64,000 nt of DNA from Escherichia coli (GTDB taxonomy: Bacteria > Pseudomonadota > Gammaproteobacteria > Enterobacterales > Enterobacteriaceae), in NCBI RefSeq assembly GCF_029227855.1, contig NZ_CP074356.1. One strand, 5' to 3'. The position numbers and the translations under genes were made by a program. The number at the start of each line of letters is the position of its first letter. Position 1 is the first letter of the stretch. Shown here in pieces: positions 12,893 through 24,400 of the stretch. The notes under the pieces were generated by a model. The model searched no databases. It was not told the DNA's origin and worked only from the letters and a program-made list of their open reading frames with translations.

Positions 12893-14161
12893 TTATTTGA
12901 CCCGCAGTAAATCAGAACTTCGCGTTGTATAACGTGGTGAAAGCATGGCACGCTTCATCTGCCATTGTTGCTGGATCCCCTGCCCGGCAAAATAGAGTGT
13001 TCCTCTGCCCTCTTTAGCATTTAGCGTATCCATTACCGCCATCAATTGCTCACTCCCGGGGCGCGGTGCGTTGTCATCGAATAAATTGAGCTGCGCGACT
13101 CCCTGACTGAAGAAATCTCCCAGCATCACGCCCGCTTTTTGGTAGCGATGGCCCGCTTGCCAGATGGCATCCAGAGATCGCGTAGCGGCGTTAATGATAT
13201 CCCTGCTGTCCTGAGTGGGCGTCAGCAGTTTTACCGACGCGCTATTGCCGTAATAAGGTTCATTAAGCGCAAATGGTGACGTCTTAATAAACGTGGAGAT
13301 AAACCGACAATATTGATGCTCACTGCGAAGTTTTTCCGCCGCCCGGGCAGCGTAACTACAAATGGCCTGCCGCATCGACGGATAATCCGTGATGCGTTCA
13401 CCAAACGAGCGGGAACAGATAATTTCCTGCTTCGTCGGTGCAAACTCTTCCAGTTGCAAACAGGGTTCACCGCGCAGTTCACGCACCGTTCTTTCGAGCA
13501 CGACATTAAAATGTTTACGGATAAACCGGATATCTGTATCCGCCAAATCGAGAACGGTTTTGATCCCCATCGCGTCCAGTTTTTTGCTGATCCGCCGTCC
13601 AATCCCCCAGACTTCATCCACGGGGAGAGCAGACATTAATTTACGCTGGCGTTCCAGATTTGATAAATCCACCACCCCACCCGTCTGCCGCTGCCATTTT
13701 TTTGCCGCATGATTGGCAAGCTTAGCCAGCGTTTTGGTCTGGGCGATCCCCACACCAACAGTAAGATGGGTACGTTGTAGCACCGTTGCGCGAATTTCTC
13801 TGCCAAGATCAGTCAGATCGCGACAATTACGCACACCTGTCAGATCGCAGAATGCCTCATCAATACTGTAAATCTCGACGCGGGGCGATAATTCTTCCAG
13901 CGTCGACATCACCCGATTGCTCATGTCTGCGTAAAGCTCATAATTGCTGCTAAAGCAAACCACGCCACAGCGACGAAACAGATCTTTTTGTTTGAACCAG
14001 GGATCGCCCATTTTAACGCCAAGCGCCTTTGCCTCAGCGTTTCGGGCGATAACGCAACCGTCATTATTCGATAGCACAACCACTGGTTTACCCCATAAAT
14101 CAGGGCGAAACACCGTCTCACAGCTGGCATAAAACGCGTTTACATCACAGAGGGCAAACAT
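12893..14161 (-). CDS. umuC: error-prone DNA polymerase V catalytic subunit UmuC
   Basis: 422-aa Y-family polymerase ORF ([41 protein letters not shown]...). Confidence 0.93.
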   Translation of the reverse strand: MFALCDVNAFYASCETVFRPDLWGKPVVVLSNNDGCVIARNAEAKALGVKMGDPWFKQKDLFRRCGVVCFSSNYELYADMSNRVMSTLEELSPRVEIYSIDEAFCDLTGVRNCRDLTDLGREIRATVLQRTHLTVGVGIAQTKTLAKLANHAAKKWQRQTGGVVDLSNLERQRKLMSALPVDEVWGIGRRISKKLDAMGIKTVLDLADTDIRFIRKHFNVVLERTVRELRGEPCLQLEEFAPTKQEIICSRSFGERITDYPSMRQAICSYAARAAEKLRSEHQYCRFISTFIKTSPFALNEPYYGNSASVKLLTPTQDSRDIINAATRSLDAIWQAGHRYQKAGVMLGDFFSQGVAQLNLFDDNAPRPGSEQLMAVMDTLNAKEGRGTLYFAGQGIQQQWQMKRAMLSPRYTTRSSDLLRVK

Positions 14162-14580
14162 CAGCGCATCGCCTTAACGACGTGGATCACCACACCAAAG
14201 ACATCCAGCGTATCTTCGCTACTGATGGTAATGGGTGAATATGCACTGTTCATGGGAATAAGCTGCACTGTCGGGCGTAGTTGCAATTTTTTCACCGTAA
14301 ACTCGCCGTCAACAGCAGCGATGACAATATCACCATGGCTGGCGGTAATAGCGCTATCGACAATCAGTAAATCACCGTCACTAATCCCACCGTCAATCAT
14401 AGAATCACCACTTGCTTTGACGAAGTAAGTCGCGCTGGGATGCTGGATCAACAGTTGATTCAGATCGATGCGCTGTTCAACGTAATCTGCGGCCGGTGAA
14501 GGAAAGCCACACTGAACAAGATCGCTAAATAGCGGAAAAGTCACAATTTCGCGGAGATCCGCAGGCTTGATAAACAACAT
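14161..14580 (-). CDS. umuD: DNA polymerase V accessory subunit UmuD (LexA-like self-cleaving)
   Basis: 139-aa [36 protein letters not shown]..., 1-nt overlap with umuC. Confidence 0.93.
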
Positions 14581-14599
14581 AATAATCTGCCTGAAGTTA

Positions 14600-14619
14600 T
14601 ACTGTTTTTATATACAGTA
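14600..14619 (-). promoter_or_regulatory. LexA operator (SOS box) of the umuDC promoter
   Basis: tactgtttttatatacagta = CTGT-N8-ACAG palindrome 20 bp upstream of the umuD start codon. Confidence 0.8.
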
Positions 14620-14951
14620 GTCTGTTCTTGCCAGCAGATCAATACTGATTCAGGCTATCAATATTTGTCGCTGCATAGACTGCTGATTTTTCGTTCTCTT
14701 ATCCTGTGCTCACGCGCCTTCTGGCGACGACGCTCATCCAGCAGAAATGAAAAATATCACCCGGCTAAAAAATAGAATAGAAGCATTCGCCATAATGACA
14801 TTAAACATTGTTTGATATTTATCATATTAATAGAAATAAAGACATTGACGCATCTCGCCCGCCTAACTATGAATTAGATGAAGTAAAATTCATTAATAGT
14901 TGTAAAACAGGAGTTTCATTACAATTTATATATTTAAAGAGGCGAATGATT

Positions 14952-15863
14952 ATGACTGAAATCGTTGCAGATAAAACGGTAGAGGTAGTTAAAAACGCAA
15001 TCGAAACCGCAGATGGAGCATTAGACCTTTATAATAAATATCTCGATCAGGTCATCCCCTGGCAGACCTTCGATGAAACCATAAAAGAGTTAAGTCGCTT
15101 TAAACAGGAGTATTCACAGGCAGCCTCCGTTTTAGTTGGCGATATTAAAACCTTACTTATGGATAGCCAGGATAAGTATTTTGAAGCAACCCAAACGGTG
15201 TATGAATGGTGTGGTGTTGCGACGCAATTGCTCGCAGCGTATATTTTGCTATTTGATGAGTACAATGAGAAGAAAGCATCCGCCCAGAAAGACATTCTCA
15301 TTAAGGTACTGGATGACGGCATCACGAAGCTGAATGAAGCGCAAAAATCCCTGCTGGTAAGCTCACAAAGTTTCAACAACGCTTCCGGGAAACTGCTGGC
15401 GTTAGATAGCCAGTTAACCAATGATTTTTCAGAAAAAAGCAGCTATTTCCAGTCACAGGTAGATAAAATCAGGAAGGAAGCGTATGCCGGTGCCGCAGCC
15501 GGTGTCGTCGCCGGTCCATTTGGATTAATCATTTCCTATTCTATTGCTGCGGGCGTAGTTGAAGGGAAACTGATTCCAGAATTGAAGAACAAGTTAAAAT
15601 CTGTGCAGAGTTTCTTTACCACCCTGTCTAACACGGTTAAACAAGCGAATAAAGATATCGATGCCGCCAAATTGAAATTAACCACCGAAATAGCCGCCAT
15701 CGGGGAGATAAAAACGGAAACTGAAACAACCAGATTCTACGTTGATTATGATGATTTAATGCTTTCTTTGCTAAAAGAAGCGGCCAAAAAAATGATTAAC
15801 ACCTGTAATGAGTATCAGAAAAGACACGGTAAGAAGACACTCTTTGAGGTACCTGAAGTCTGA
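14952..15863 (+). CDS. hlyE: pore-forming hemolysin E / cytolysin A
   Basis: 303 aa from ATG at 14952 (MTEIVADKTVEVVKNAIETADGALDLYNKYLDQVIPWQTF...). Confidence 0.92.
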   Translation: MTEIVADKTVEVVKNAIETADGALDLYNKYLDQVIPWQTFDETIKELSRFKQEYSQAASVLVGDIKTLLMDSQDKYFEATQTVYEWCGVATQLLAAYILLFDEYNEKKASAQKDILIKVLDDGITKLNEAQKSLLVSSQSFNNASGKLLALDSQLTNDFSEKSSYFQSQVDKIRKEAYAGAAAGVVAGPFGLIISYSIAAGVVEGKLIPELKNKLKSVQSFFTTLSNTVKQANKDIDAAKLKLTTEIAAIGEIKTETETTRFYVDYDDLMLSLLKEAAKKMINTCNEYQKRHGKKTLFEVPEV

Positions 15864-16069
15864 TAAGCGATTATTCTCTCCATGTACTCAAGGTATAAAG
15901 TTTATCACATTTAAAAACACAGCCGTTTTTTAAAGATTGAGAGTTACCTGTTGATAATAAGGTATCGGGTAACTCTCATTATGACAGAGCGCTTTCAAAA
16001 ACAGGGCTACGAAATGGCGAGCATCCAGACGTATATTAAGAAAGCCCCCATCAAAATCTATTAAATTTA

Positions 16070-16531
16070 TCACTGCGCCCAGTCAGGTTTATTTAAGATA
16101 TGATCCTGCCAGTCAATCACTTCTGATTCTTTCACTGCGATATGACGCACAGAGATACGTTCACCATGCATTGTTGCTTTCGAACCAGTAAGCAGCGGAT
16201 GCCACGCAGGTAAATCTTTACCTTCCGCCAGCAAACGATAAGCGCAGGTCATTGGCAGCCATTCGAATGTTGGCAGATTTTCACGGGTTAATTTAATGCA
16301 GTCGGGTTCAAACTCGAAACGACGTTCGTAGTTCCGACATTGACAGGTTTTAATATTGAGCTGGCGACAGGCGACGTTAGTGAAGTAGATTTCGTCGGTG
16401 TCTTCATCCATCAGTTTATGCAGGCAACACTGACCGCAACCATCACACAACGACTCCCATTCCGCATCGCTCATTTCGTCCAGGGTTTTACTTTGCCAGA
16501 AAGGTACATCGCTCATCAGGTGTTCCGCCAT
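16070..16531 (-). CDS. ycgN: UPF0260 family protein YcgN
   Basis: 153 aa from the internal ATG ([40 protein letters not shown]...). Confidence 0.82.
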   Translation of the reverse strand: MAEHLMSDVPFWQSKTLDEMSDAEWESLCDGCGQCCLHKLMDEDTDEIYFTNVACRQLNIKTCQCRNYERRFEFEPDCIKLTRENLPTFEWLPMTCAYRLLAEGKDLPAWHPLLTGSKATMHGERISVRHIAVKESEVIDWQDHILNKPDWAQ

Positions 16532-16607
16532 TACGTTAAAACGCACCTTATAACCAGTCTGGCACAGCGATGCAAGTTTTGCCGCCGCTTTCAGGCGGCA
16601 AAAAGTA

Positions 16608-17267
16608 TTACAAAACGCGAGTTGTCAAAGAATGCCCATCGAAAGTGACTGTCAGCTCATCACCGCTTTGCAACGGGCCGACGCCATCAGGCGTGCCTGT
16701 CAACACAACGTCACCGGCCTTGAGGGTAAAAAACTTGCTCATATAAGCGATCAGCGAAACGATTTTATGGATCATGTCCGCAGTCGTACCTTGCTGGCGT
16801 TGTTCGCCGTTTACGCTCAGGCCCAGCGTTGTATTTTGCGGATCGCCGGTGAATTCCGCCGCGGGAATAAACCCGGAAAGCGGACAAGAGTTATCAAACG
16901 CTTTGGCCTTTTCCCACGGCTGCCCGGCTTTCTTCATTTTTCCCTGAACATCACGCAATGTCAGATCGAGCGCCACGCCGTAACCGGCAATGGCTTTACG
17001 GACATGCTCTTCCGTAGCCTGACGCAGCGTCGCGCCAATCAATACCGCCAGTTCGACTTCATGATGAACTGAACCGAAATCGGATGGGATCGCCAATGGC
17101 TGCCGCAGATCGCACAGTGCCGTTTCTGGTTTAATAAACAGCACTGGCTCTTCGGGCACTGCGCTGCCCATCTCTTTAATATGTTTGGCATAGTTACTGC
17201 CAACACAGACTACTTTACTCACCGGATAATCCAGCAGCGCACCTTGCCAGTTGTGATGTTGATACAT
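16608..17267 (-). CDS. ycgM: fumarylacetoacetate hydrolase-family protein YcgM
   Basis: 219-aa ORF with FAH-fold signature; conserved position. Confidence 0.87.
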   Translation of the reverse strand: MYQHHNWQGALLDYPVSKVVCVGSNYAKHIKEMGSAVPEEPVLFIKPETALCDLRQPLAIPSDFGSVHHEVELAVLIGATLRQATEEHVRKAIAGYGVALDLTLRDVQGKMKKAGQPWEKAKAFDNSCPLSGFIPAAEFTGDPQNTTLGLSVNGEQRQQGTTADMIHKIVSLIAYMSKFFTLKAGDVVLTGTPDGVGPLQSGDELTVTFDGHSLTTRVL

Positions 17268-17338
17268 AACGTTCCCCTCACCTTATCGTGGATATGAAAA
17301 CCCGCGCCGACAAAGATAATGCCACCGCCGGATATCGG

Positions 17339-17665
17339 TTATTTGTTCGTGTCGTCTGTTTTCTGCCCCATGACGGAAAGATGTTGCTTCAGCAAATCTT
17401 CGGGTGGTGGCGGTAACTGCAAATAGTAACCTTGCTCGGTTAATGCCTGTTTAACCTTTTCAATATCGGCATTGACCAGTTTCTTCCGCCCATCCAGCGG
17501 CAGAATCATCGCTAACTGAGGCTGACCAAAACCTTTCATCAGTTCCTCAGGTACACGCGAAAAATCGTCTTTTTTTTCGACATATAAATAGGTCTGGTCA
17601 CGCTTGCTGCTTCGATAAATCACACAAAACATACTTTTACTCTTTAAGATGGCAGGTTTTGGCAT
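17339..17665 (-). CDS. ycgL: YcgL (DUF709-type small protein)
   Basis: 108-aa ORF; position between ycgM and pliG. Confidence 0.82.
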   Translation of the reverse strand: MPKPAILKSKSMFCVIYRSSKRDQTYLYVEKKDDFSRVPEELMKGFGQPQLAMILPLDGRKKLVNADIEKVKQALTEQGYYLQLPPPPEDLLKQHLSVMGQKTDDTNK

Positions 17666-17871
17666 AAGCTAACATCAATGAAACCCGCGCCACAAGCCAG
17701 CCAGCTGTAGATTTCTGCGGTTTGTTCAGTCCATGCGCCCTTAATAAGTGATCCCCGGCAAAAATGCCGCGCTGGGATTTAACCGAACGCAGGAAAGCCA
17801 CTGGAATTCTCCTGTGATGAATTGTTATATTATAACAGTTCATCGTACTCATTCTGAACAGGAGACTACCT

Positions 17872-18273
17872 ATGAAAATCAAGGGCATCAGTAAGGCTGT
17901 ATTATTGCTTGCACTGCTAACCTCCACGAGCTTTGCTGCGGGTAAGAATGTCAATGTTGAGTTCAGAAAAGGCCATAGCAGCGCTCAGTACTCCGGCGAA
18001 ATAAAGGGATACGATTACGATACATATACCTTCTATGCCAAAAAAGGTCAGAAAGTGCACGTGAGTATCTCTAATGAAGGCGCTGATACTTACCTCTTCG
18101 GGCCAGGAATCGATGATTCTGTTGATTTATCCAGATATTCCCCAGAACTCGATAGTCACGGACAATACTCACTCCCTGCTTCTGGCAAATATGAGCTGCG
18201 AGTGCTGCAAACCCGAAACGACGCCCGTAAAAACAAAACTAAAAAATATAACGTCGATATTCAAATTAAGTAA
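17872..18273 (+). CDS. pliG: periplasmic inhibitor of g-type lysozyme PliG (YcgK)
   Basis: 133-aa ORF with signal peptide [22 protein letters not shown]; conserved position. Confidence 0.85.
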
Positions 18274-18375
18274 ATATCAACCGACGGGGACTCTCCCCGT
18301 CATAAACGTTAACGCCCCACTCCTCTCTGTCGCTCAAGAGGTTAATGACGAATAGAACATAATGTAAACAAGACA

Positions 18376-18744
18376 TCACTCACGACACATAAATAACATC
18401 TTTGTGGTGGTTTGATTGATTTTTCCACTCCGCTTACCATCCACACCAAAATAACGATCATCACGACATAATTTTTCTTTAACATCGCAAAATACACCGT
18501 TAGCGAATGTAAATTCGCTGGGATCGTAGCCTTGTACTGATTGTAAGTTTTCAGCGGCTTTTTCGCCGAGATATTTCCTTGTTAACTCTGGGGAAATGCC
18601 ATCTGAGTTAACACAAATATACGGGTCGCAAACAACGCCACACGCAGGAGATTGAAGTCCGCCAGCGTCATGTCCAGACGCCATTGATGAGAACATCATC
18701 CCCACACCTGACAATCCGATATAAATAATACGCATCATATTCAT
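18376..18744 (-). CDS. ycgJ: YcgJ, small secreted protein
   Basis: 122-aa ORF with N-terminal signal peptide; conserved position upstream of minC. Confidence 0.78.
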   Translation of the reverse strand: MNMMRIIYIGLSGVGMMFSSMASGHDAGGLQSPACGVVCDPYICVNSDGISPELTRKYLGEKAAENLQSVQGYDPSEFTFANGVFCDVKEKLCRDDRYFGVDGKRSGKINQTTTKMLFMCRE

Positions 18745-19263
18745 AGCACATCCTGATAATCCAACCGTGCAACACTTATGCTCATTTCATCATCAATCCG
18801 TAATCAAAACCGCTGACCTGGACGAGTTACGATGACCTGACAGAAGTATCAGACGTCTTCTGCGGTTTCTATGATAGAGCAATTCTGTGGCGGATATTAA
18901 GATAACGGGTATCTGTTCTTTAATGATGCCGCAAAAAATGGAAAGTTAAGAAAGCCTGGCGTGGTGAAAAAATACACTCGCCTCAATACTGGATATTTAA
19001 ACAGGTCTGAAGATGCTGTTACGATTAGGGTGCGGAAAAAGGAAGCGTAAATAAGAACAATCAAAAGTACGACGGCAATGGGTTGATTGACAAGGATATT
19101 TTTTAAGCTATGAATCAGCGCCATTTATCACAGAATAGACTTTTACTCTGAATAAATGGGAGGGTGACTTGCCTCAATATAATCCAGACTATAACATGCC
19201 TTATAGTCTTCGGAACATCATCGCGCGCTGGCGATGATTAATAGCTAATTGAGTAAGGCCAGG

Positions 19264-19959
19264 ATGTCAAACACGCCAATCGAGCTTAAAGGCAGTAGCT
19301 TCACTTTATCTGTGGTTCATCTGCATGAGGCAGAACCTAAGGTTATCCATCAGGCGCTGGAAGACAAAATCGCTCAGGCCCCCGCATTTTTAAAACATGC
19401 CCCCGTTGTACTCAACGTCAGTGCACTGGAAGACCCGGTAAACTGGTCAGCGATGCATAAGGCGGTTTCGGCAACCGGTTTGCGGGTTATTGGCGTAAGT
19501 GGCTGCAAAGATGCGCAACTTAAAGCCGAAATTGAAAAAATGGGGCTGCCTATCCTGACGGAAGGAAAGGAAAAAGCGCCGCGTCCAGCTCCCGCACCGC
19601 AGGCTCCAGCGCAAAATACAACGCCGGTCACAAAAACGCGTTTAATAGATACCCCGGTGCGTTCCGGTCAGCGTATTTATGCTCCACAATGTGATCTGAT
19701 TGTTACAAGCCACGTTAGCGCTGGGGCCGAATTGATTGCCGATGGTAACATTCATGTCTATGGCATGATGCGCGGTCGTGCGCTGGCAGGGGCAAGTGGT
19801 GACCGGGAAACGCAAATATTTTGCACGAACCTGATGGCGGAATTGGTGTCCATCGCAGGTGAATACTGGCTGAGTGATCAAATCCCAGCAGAATTTTATG
19901 GCAAAGCGGCGCGACTGCAGTTAGTCGAAAACGCTTTGACCGTTCAACCGTTAAATTGA
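19264..19959 (+). CDS. minC: septum site-determining protein MinC
   Basis: 231 aa from ATG at 19264 ([53 protein letters not shown]...). Confidence 0.94.
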   Translation: MSNTPIELKGSSFTLSVVHLHEAEPKVIHQALEDKIAQAPAFLKHAPVVLNVSALEDPVNWSAMHKAVSATGLRVIGVSGCKDAQLKAEIEKMGLPILTEGKEKAPRPAPAPQAPAQNTTPVTKTRLIDTPVRSGQRIYAPQCDLIVTSHVSAGAELIADGNIHVYGMMRGRALAGASGDRETQIFCTNLMAELVSIAGEYWLSDQIPAEFYGKAARLQLVENALTVQPLN

Positions 19960-19982
19960 TCCCTTTTTAACAAGGAATTTCT

Positions 19983-20795
19983 ATGGCACGCATTATTGTT
20001 GTTACTTCGGGCAAAGGGGGTGTTGGTAAGACAACCTCCAGCGCGGCCATCGCCACTGGTTTGGCCCAGAAGGGAAAGAAAACTGTCGTGATAGATTTTG
20101 ATATCGGCCTGCGTAATCTCGACCTGATTATGGGTTGCGAACGCCGGGTCGTTTACGATTTCGTCAACGTCATTCAGGGCGATGCAACGCTAAATCAGGC
20201 GTTAATTAAAGATAAGCGTACTGAAAATCTCTATATTCTTCCGGCATCGCAAACTCGCGATAAAGATGCCCTCACCCGTGAAGGGGTCGCCAAAGTTCTT
20301 GATGATCTGAAAGCGATGGACTTTGAATTTATTGTTTGCGACTCCCCGGCAGGGATTGAGACCGGTGCGCTAATGGCACTCTATTTTGCAGACGAAGCCA
20401 TTATTACCACCAACCCGGAAGTCTCCTCAGTACGCGACTCTGACCGTATTTTAGGCATTCTGGCGTCGAAATCACGCCGCGCAGAAAATGGCGAAGAGCC
20501 TATTAAAGAGCACCTGCTGTTAACGCGCTATAACCCAGGCCGCGTAAGCAGAGGTGACATGCTGAGCATGGAAGATGTGCTGGAGATCCTGCGCATCAAA
20601 CTCGTCGGCGTGATCCCAGAGGATCAATCAGTATTGCGCGCCTCTAACCAGGGTGAACCGGTCATTCTCGACATTAACGCCGATGCGGGTAAAGCCTACG
20701 CAGATACCGTAGAACGTCTGTTGGGAGAAGAACGTCCTTTCCGCTTCATTGAAGAAGAGAAGAAAGGCTTCCTCAAACGCTTGTTCGGAGGATAA
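19983..20795 (+). CDS. minD: septum site-determining ATPase MinD
   Basis: 270 aa, MARIIVVTSGKGGVGKTTSSAAIATGLAQKGKKTVVIDFDIGLRNLDL (deviant Walker A). Confidence 0.96.
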   Translation: MARIIVVTSGKGGVGKTTSSAAIATGLAQKGKKTVVIDFDIGLRNLDLIMGCERRVVYDFVNVIQGDATLNQALIKDKRTENLYILPASQTRDKDALTREGVAKVLDDLKAMDFEFIVCDSPAGIETGALMALYFADEAIITTNPEVSSVRDSDRILGILASKSRRAENGEEPIKEHLLLTRYNPGRVSRGDMLSMEDVLEILRIKLVGVIPEDQSVLRASNQGEPVILDINADAGKAYADTVERLLGEERPFRFIEEEKKGFLKRLFGG

Positions 20796-20798
20796 GTT

Positions 20799-21065
20799 AT
20801 GGCATTACTCGATTTCTTTCTCTCGCGGAAGAAAAACACGGCCAACATTGCAAAAGAACGGCTGCAGATTATTGTTGCTGAACGCCGTCGCAGCGATGCA
20901 GAACCGCATTATCTGCCGCAGTTGCGTAAAGATATTCTTGAGGTCATTTGTAAATACGTACAAATTGATCCTGAGATGGTAACCGTACAGCTTGAGCAAA
21001 AAGATGGCGATATTTCTATTCTTGAGCTGAACGTGACCTTGCCGGAAGCAGAAGAGCTGAAATAG
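20799..21065 (+). CDS. minE: cell division topological specificity factor MinE
   Basis: 88 aa, [31 protein letters not shown]... Confidence 0.96.
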
Positions 21066-21092
21066 GCCCGCTGTAAAAGCGCATTTCTCTTC

Positions 21093-21123
21093 AAGGCAGA
21101 GTCATCTCTGCCTTGCGTTTTTC
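21093..21123 (+). terminator. intrinsic terminator of the minCDE operon
   Basis: aaggcagag-tcat-ctctgcctt followed by gcgttttt. Confidence 0.6.
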
Positions 21124-21333
21124 ATCCCCCTCATCCACGTTTGATAAGAGCGGCGAGTATTCTTGCTGATGCTACTCATTGCTTCCCCCCTTTACACCTT
21201 AATGCCGTTCCCCCCACACAGATCAAATTGTTTATACCTGGCTGAGTAAATAACCTTATTGTTAGTATAGGTATACTGGGTGATGATAACCCCGCAATTT
21301 CATTATTCATTGTTCTCCCATAGGATGAGGTTT

Positions 21334-21359
21334 CCCGCCGTAACTGGCGGGCTTTTTTT
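21334..21359 (+). terminator. second plus-strand intrinsic-terminator-like hairpin about 210 bp beyond the minE terminator
   Basis: cccgccg-taac-tggcggg followed by cttttttt; no annotated gene ends here. Confidence 0.45.
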
Positions 21360-21388
21360 GCCGCAGAATTTTTCCTTTTAACACCCTG

Positions 21389-21412
21389 TAAACGAAAACT
21401 GCGCCGAAGCGC
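21389..21412 (-). terminator. terminator downstream of the 1116-aa autotransporter gene
   Basis: On the minus strand aactgcgc-ttcg-gcgcagtt followed by ttcgttt, 18 bp after the stop. Confidence 0.5.
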
Positions 21413-21429
21413 AGTTTAATCGTTGATGG

Positions 21430-24400
21430 TCAGAACGACCAGTTCGCACCAGCCACCGCGTTCCACGGGGATTCCACACCGGCACCATGGCTATACCCCA
21501 CCCCGAGATGCCCGCTTAACGAACTGCTGAATGAGGCTTTAATACCTGCCTGATATATTCCACGTCTGCCCGACAAATCATTGACAAAATTACCGTCATT
21601 ATTCACTTTCACCCGGTTATCATCGACAAATTCTTTGCGCACAGCCGCCTTCAGCCACGGCTCAACTTCCATGCCGTTCCCCAGACGCATGTTGTAACTC
21701 AGCGTTGCGCCCAGTTCACGATATATACTGCGGGTATCGACTGATTTCGATTCCATACCATTGGATAAATGATATTCGGGGTTATCAGCGGTGAACCCCG
21801 TTAACGATGCATACGGCGTCAGGTTCCAGTTACCATCGGTAAATCGCATCCCGGTTTCAATGTGACCGCCCAGCCCGTTGCTGCGATAACTGCCGTTGGC
21901 GGCTCCACCGCTGCTCATTTTACCGGCTACGTTACTTTCAAAGCGGTTCAGCTTCACGATACCGTCCAGATAGAAACCACTTTCATGTTCCCAACTGGCA
22001 TAGCCGCCCAGAGAATAACTGCCCACACTGCCATGACCTCCGCGATCAAAACCGATATGTGAATGGGAATAACCCATAAAAGCGCCCAGCGTGGCAATTC
22101 CTTCTGGAATATCATTACGGCTGTCGATCCCCACTGTCATTCCGATCAGCGTCTGCTCAAACCCGGCACCCGCATCGGTGGTGACATTATTACGGGTGTT
22201 ATACGTCGCCCCCCAGACATTATTGTTGTGTGGACTCGCTTTCATTATGTTCAACCGCTCGCGAATACTGTTTAGCTCAGCATCAAATACCAACGGTAAT
22301 GTTGCTGCCATATTGAGTACAGCTGCCGTAGAAGGCGTGATGCGTTTCTCCGGAACGGGTGTCGGCGTTGGATCGGGAGTCGGGTCTGGATTTGGATTTG
22401 GGTTTGGGTTCGGGTTCGGGTTCGGGTTCGGGTTCGGGTTTGGATTTGGATTCGGATTTGGGTTTGGATTTGGGTTTGGGTTCGGATTTGGGTTGACATC
22501 ATTAGTCAGGTTCCAGTTGCTGTTGCCGTCGCTTTTCAGGACATACTCATAGGTCCCAAGATCAACGAAACCACCGGTATTGCCCAGCGTAAACGACGCA
22601 TCCCCTCCCCCTGTTTTCACCAGCGTCATCGCATCGTCAGACTGAGGGCTGACGCCGGTATCCTGAACAAAGATTTTAAAATTACCAGTGGCATTGTTGT
22701 TGACGACCAGTTGATCGCCCCGGGAGCCTGCAATGTTGGTATGCAGGTAGAAATTACCGCTGCCGGAAAGTTCACTGGTGGTCAGCGTATTGTAGATACC
22801 GTTAGTTGTGGCAGGCGCTGATAAATAAACATCACCGTCGTTGAGTAGCAAACTGTTTACTCTATATTCGCAGTTGCTGGTGCCTGCACAGGAATTATTG
22901 CTGTTAAGCCAGACACTGCCCCGGCTGGCAGCCGTCAGGTCGGCAAGCGTCGTATCAACGCCATTGCCGATAGTGAATGTCGCGCTATCGGTAATCCGGA
23001 TCGCCCCTTCGAGTTTAACTGGCGTAACATTATCCCGTGGCGTCATTAACGACAGGCTTCCTGTCGCGCCACTGACCGATGCATCCGCCAGCGTACCTGC
23101 GTAGACGATTGCTGTCCCGCCAGCAACCTGGAGATCTTCTGCCCGGGCCAGAGCCTGAAACTCATCTTTTGACCGCCCAAGGGTATATTGCCCACCAGAG
23201 TTAACCTTTGTGGCGGAGTCCTGACCCAGGTTTTGCATTGCACCACCCTTGTCAACCGTGGAGTCACGGGCTTCGGTACCTGCTAATACCAATAAATTAC
23301 CGCCATTTTCCAGCAACATATTGGTCGCTAAATTGCTGGCAATGGAAAAGGTGCCGTACTGGTGCGTACCGCTGATTTCAATACCGTTAGCCGTGCTCGT
23401 CTGGAGAGCGGCACCGCTGTTCTGGACGATATCTGTCGCTTTGCCATTATCGTTGACTGTCAGCGTTCCGCCTTCATTGATCGTTGTTTTTATTGCCTCT
23501 CCGTTAGCTGAAACTGTTTGTATTCCGCCGTCGTTAATTGTTGTCTCATTTGCCACACCCTCGACGATTTGTTCACCGCCAGTGAGCGTCGTGCCTGTCG
23601 CAGTGGCTTTTGTTTTGACGATCTCCCGACCGCCCGCATTGACCTGTGTTTTGGCGGAAGTGGTGTCTGACTCCACGGTTAACACGCCGCCATTTGTCAG
23701 CAGGATATTGTTCGCCGCACCCTGCTCGATGCTGAACGCGACGCCATCAGCGCGTGTCCCTGTGACCCGCGTCGCCCTGGTGGTTGCAACCAACGCGCCC
23801 TGACTACTCTGCTGTATCCCCGTTGCGCTGCCTTTCTCCCGCACATCGAGTATGCCGCCATTGTTAAGTCTGGTGGTATATGCTACGGCCTCCTCGTGGA
23901 CAATCAGCTTACCGCCAGCATCAACGATGGTATCTACCGCCGAGGTTTGAGCTACGACCGTCAGTTGGCCGGTATTTTCCAGCACAACATGCTCAGCCCT
24001 GCCTCCGGTAATAGTGAAGTGAGATGACCTCTGGTATCCATCAATATCAGTCCCCGCGCCCGTGTTGGCAACTAAAGCACTCCCCGTGTCCAGGTAAACC
24101 CCATGTGCGATACCGCCGGTATCGACAATCAGCGTGCCTCCGGCACGAATATTGCTGCCAGTTGCCGTACCTCCTTTCTCAACAACCTGCTTGCTCCCGG
24201 AAGAGATATTTGTTGTGTCAGCTTTCCCGCCGCTCTTGATATTTTGCGTGCCACTGTTGATATTAGTTCCCGTAGCAATACCATGATTATAAATATTCTG
24301 TGTACCGCCATTAATTATGGTATTAGTCGCGTTCCCGGCAACATCCATGGCCCCGCCGTTATCTATTCGGGTCGCATCAGCTTTAGCATTCGTTAAAACT

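Noticed and set aside
22350-22494. Possible CRISPR array suggested by the regular short repeats
   Set aside because: Units are 6 bp, contiguous and in-frame within a coding sequence (Asn-Pro linker); there are no spacers or cas genes. It is a coding simple-sequence repeat, not CRISPR.
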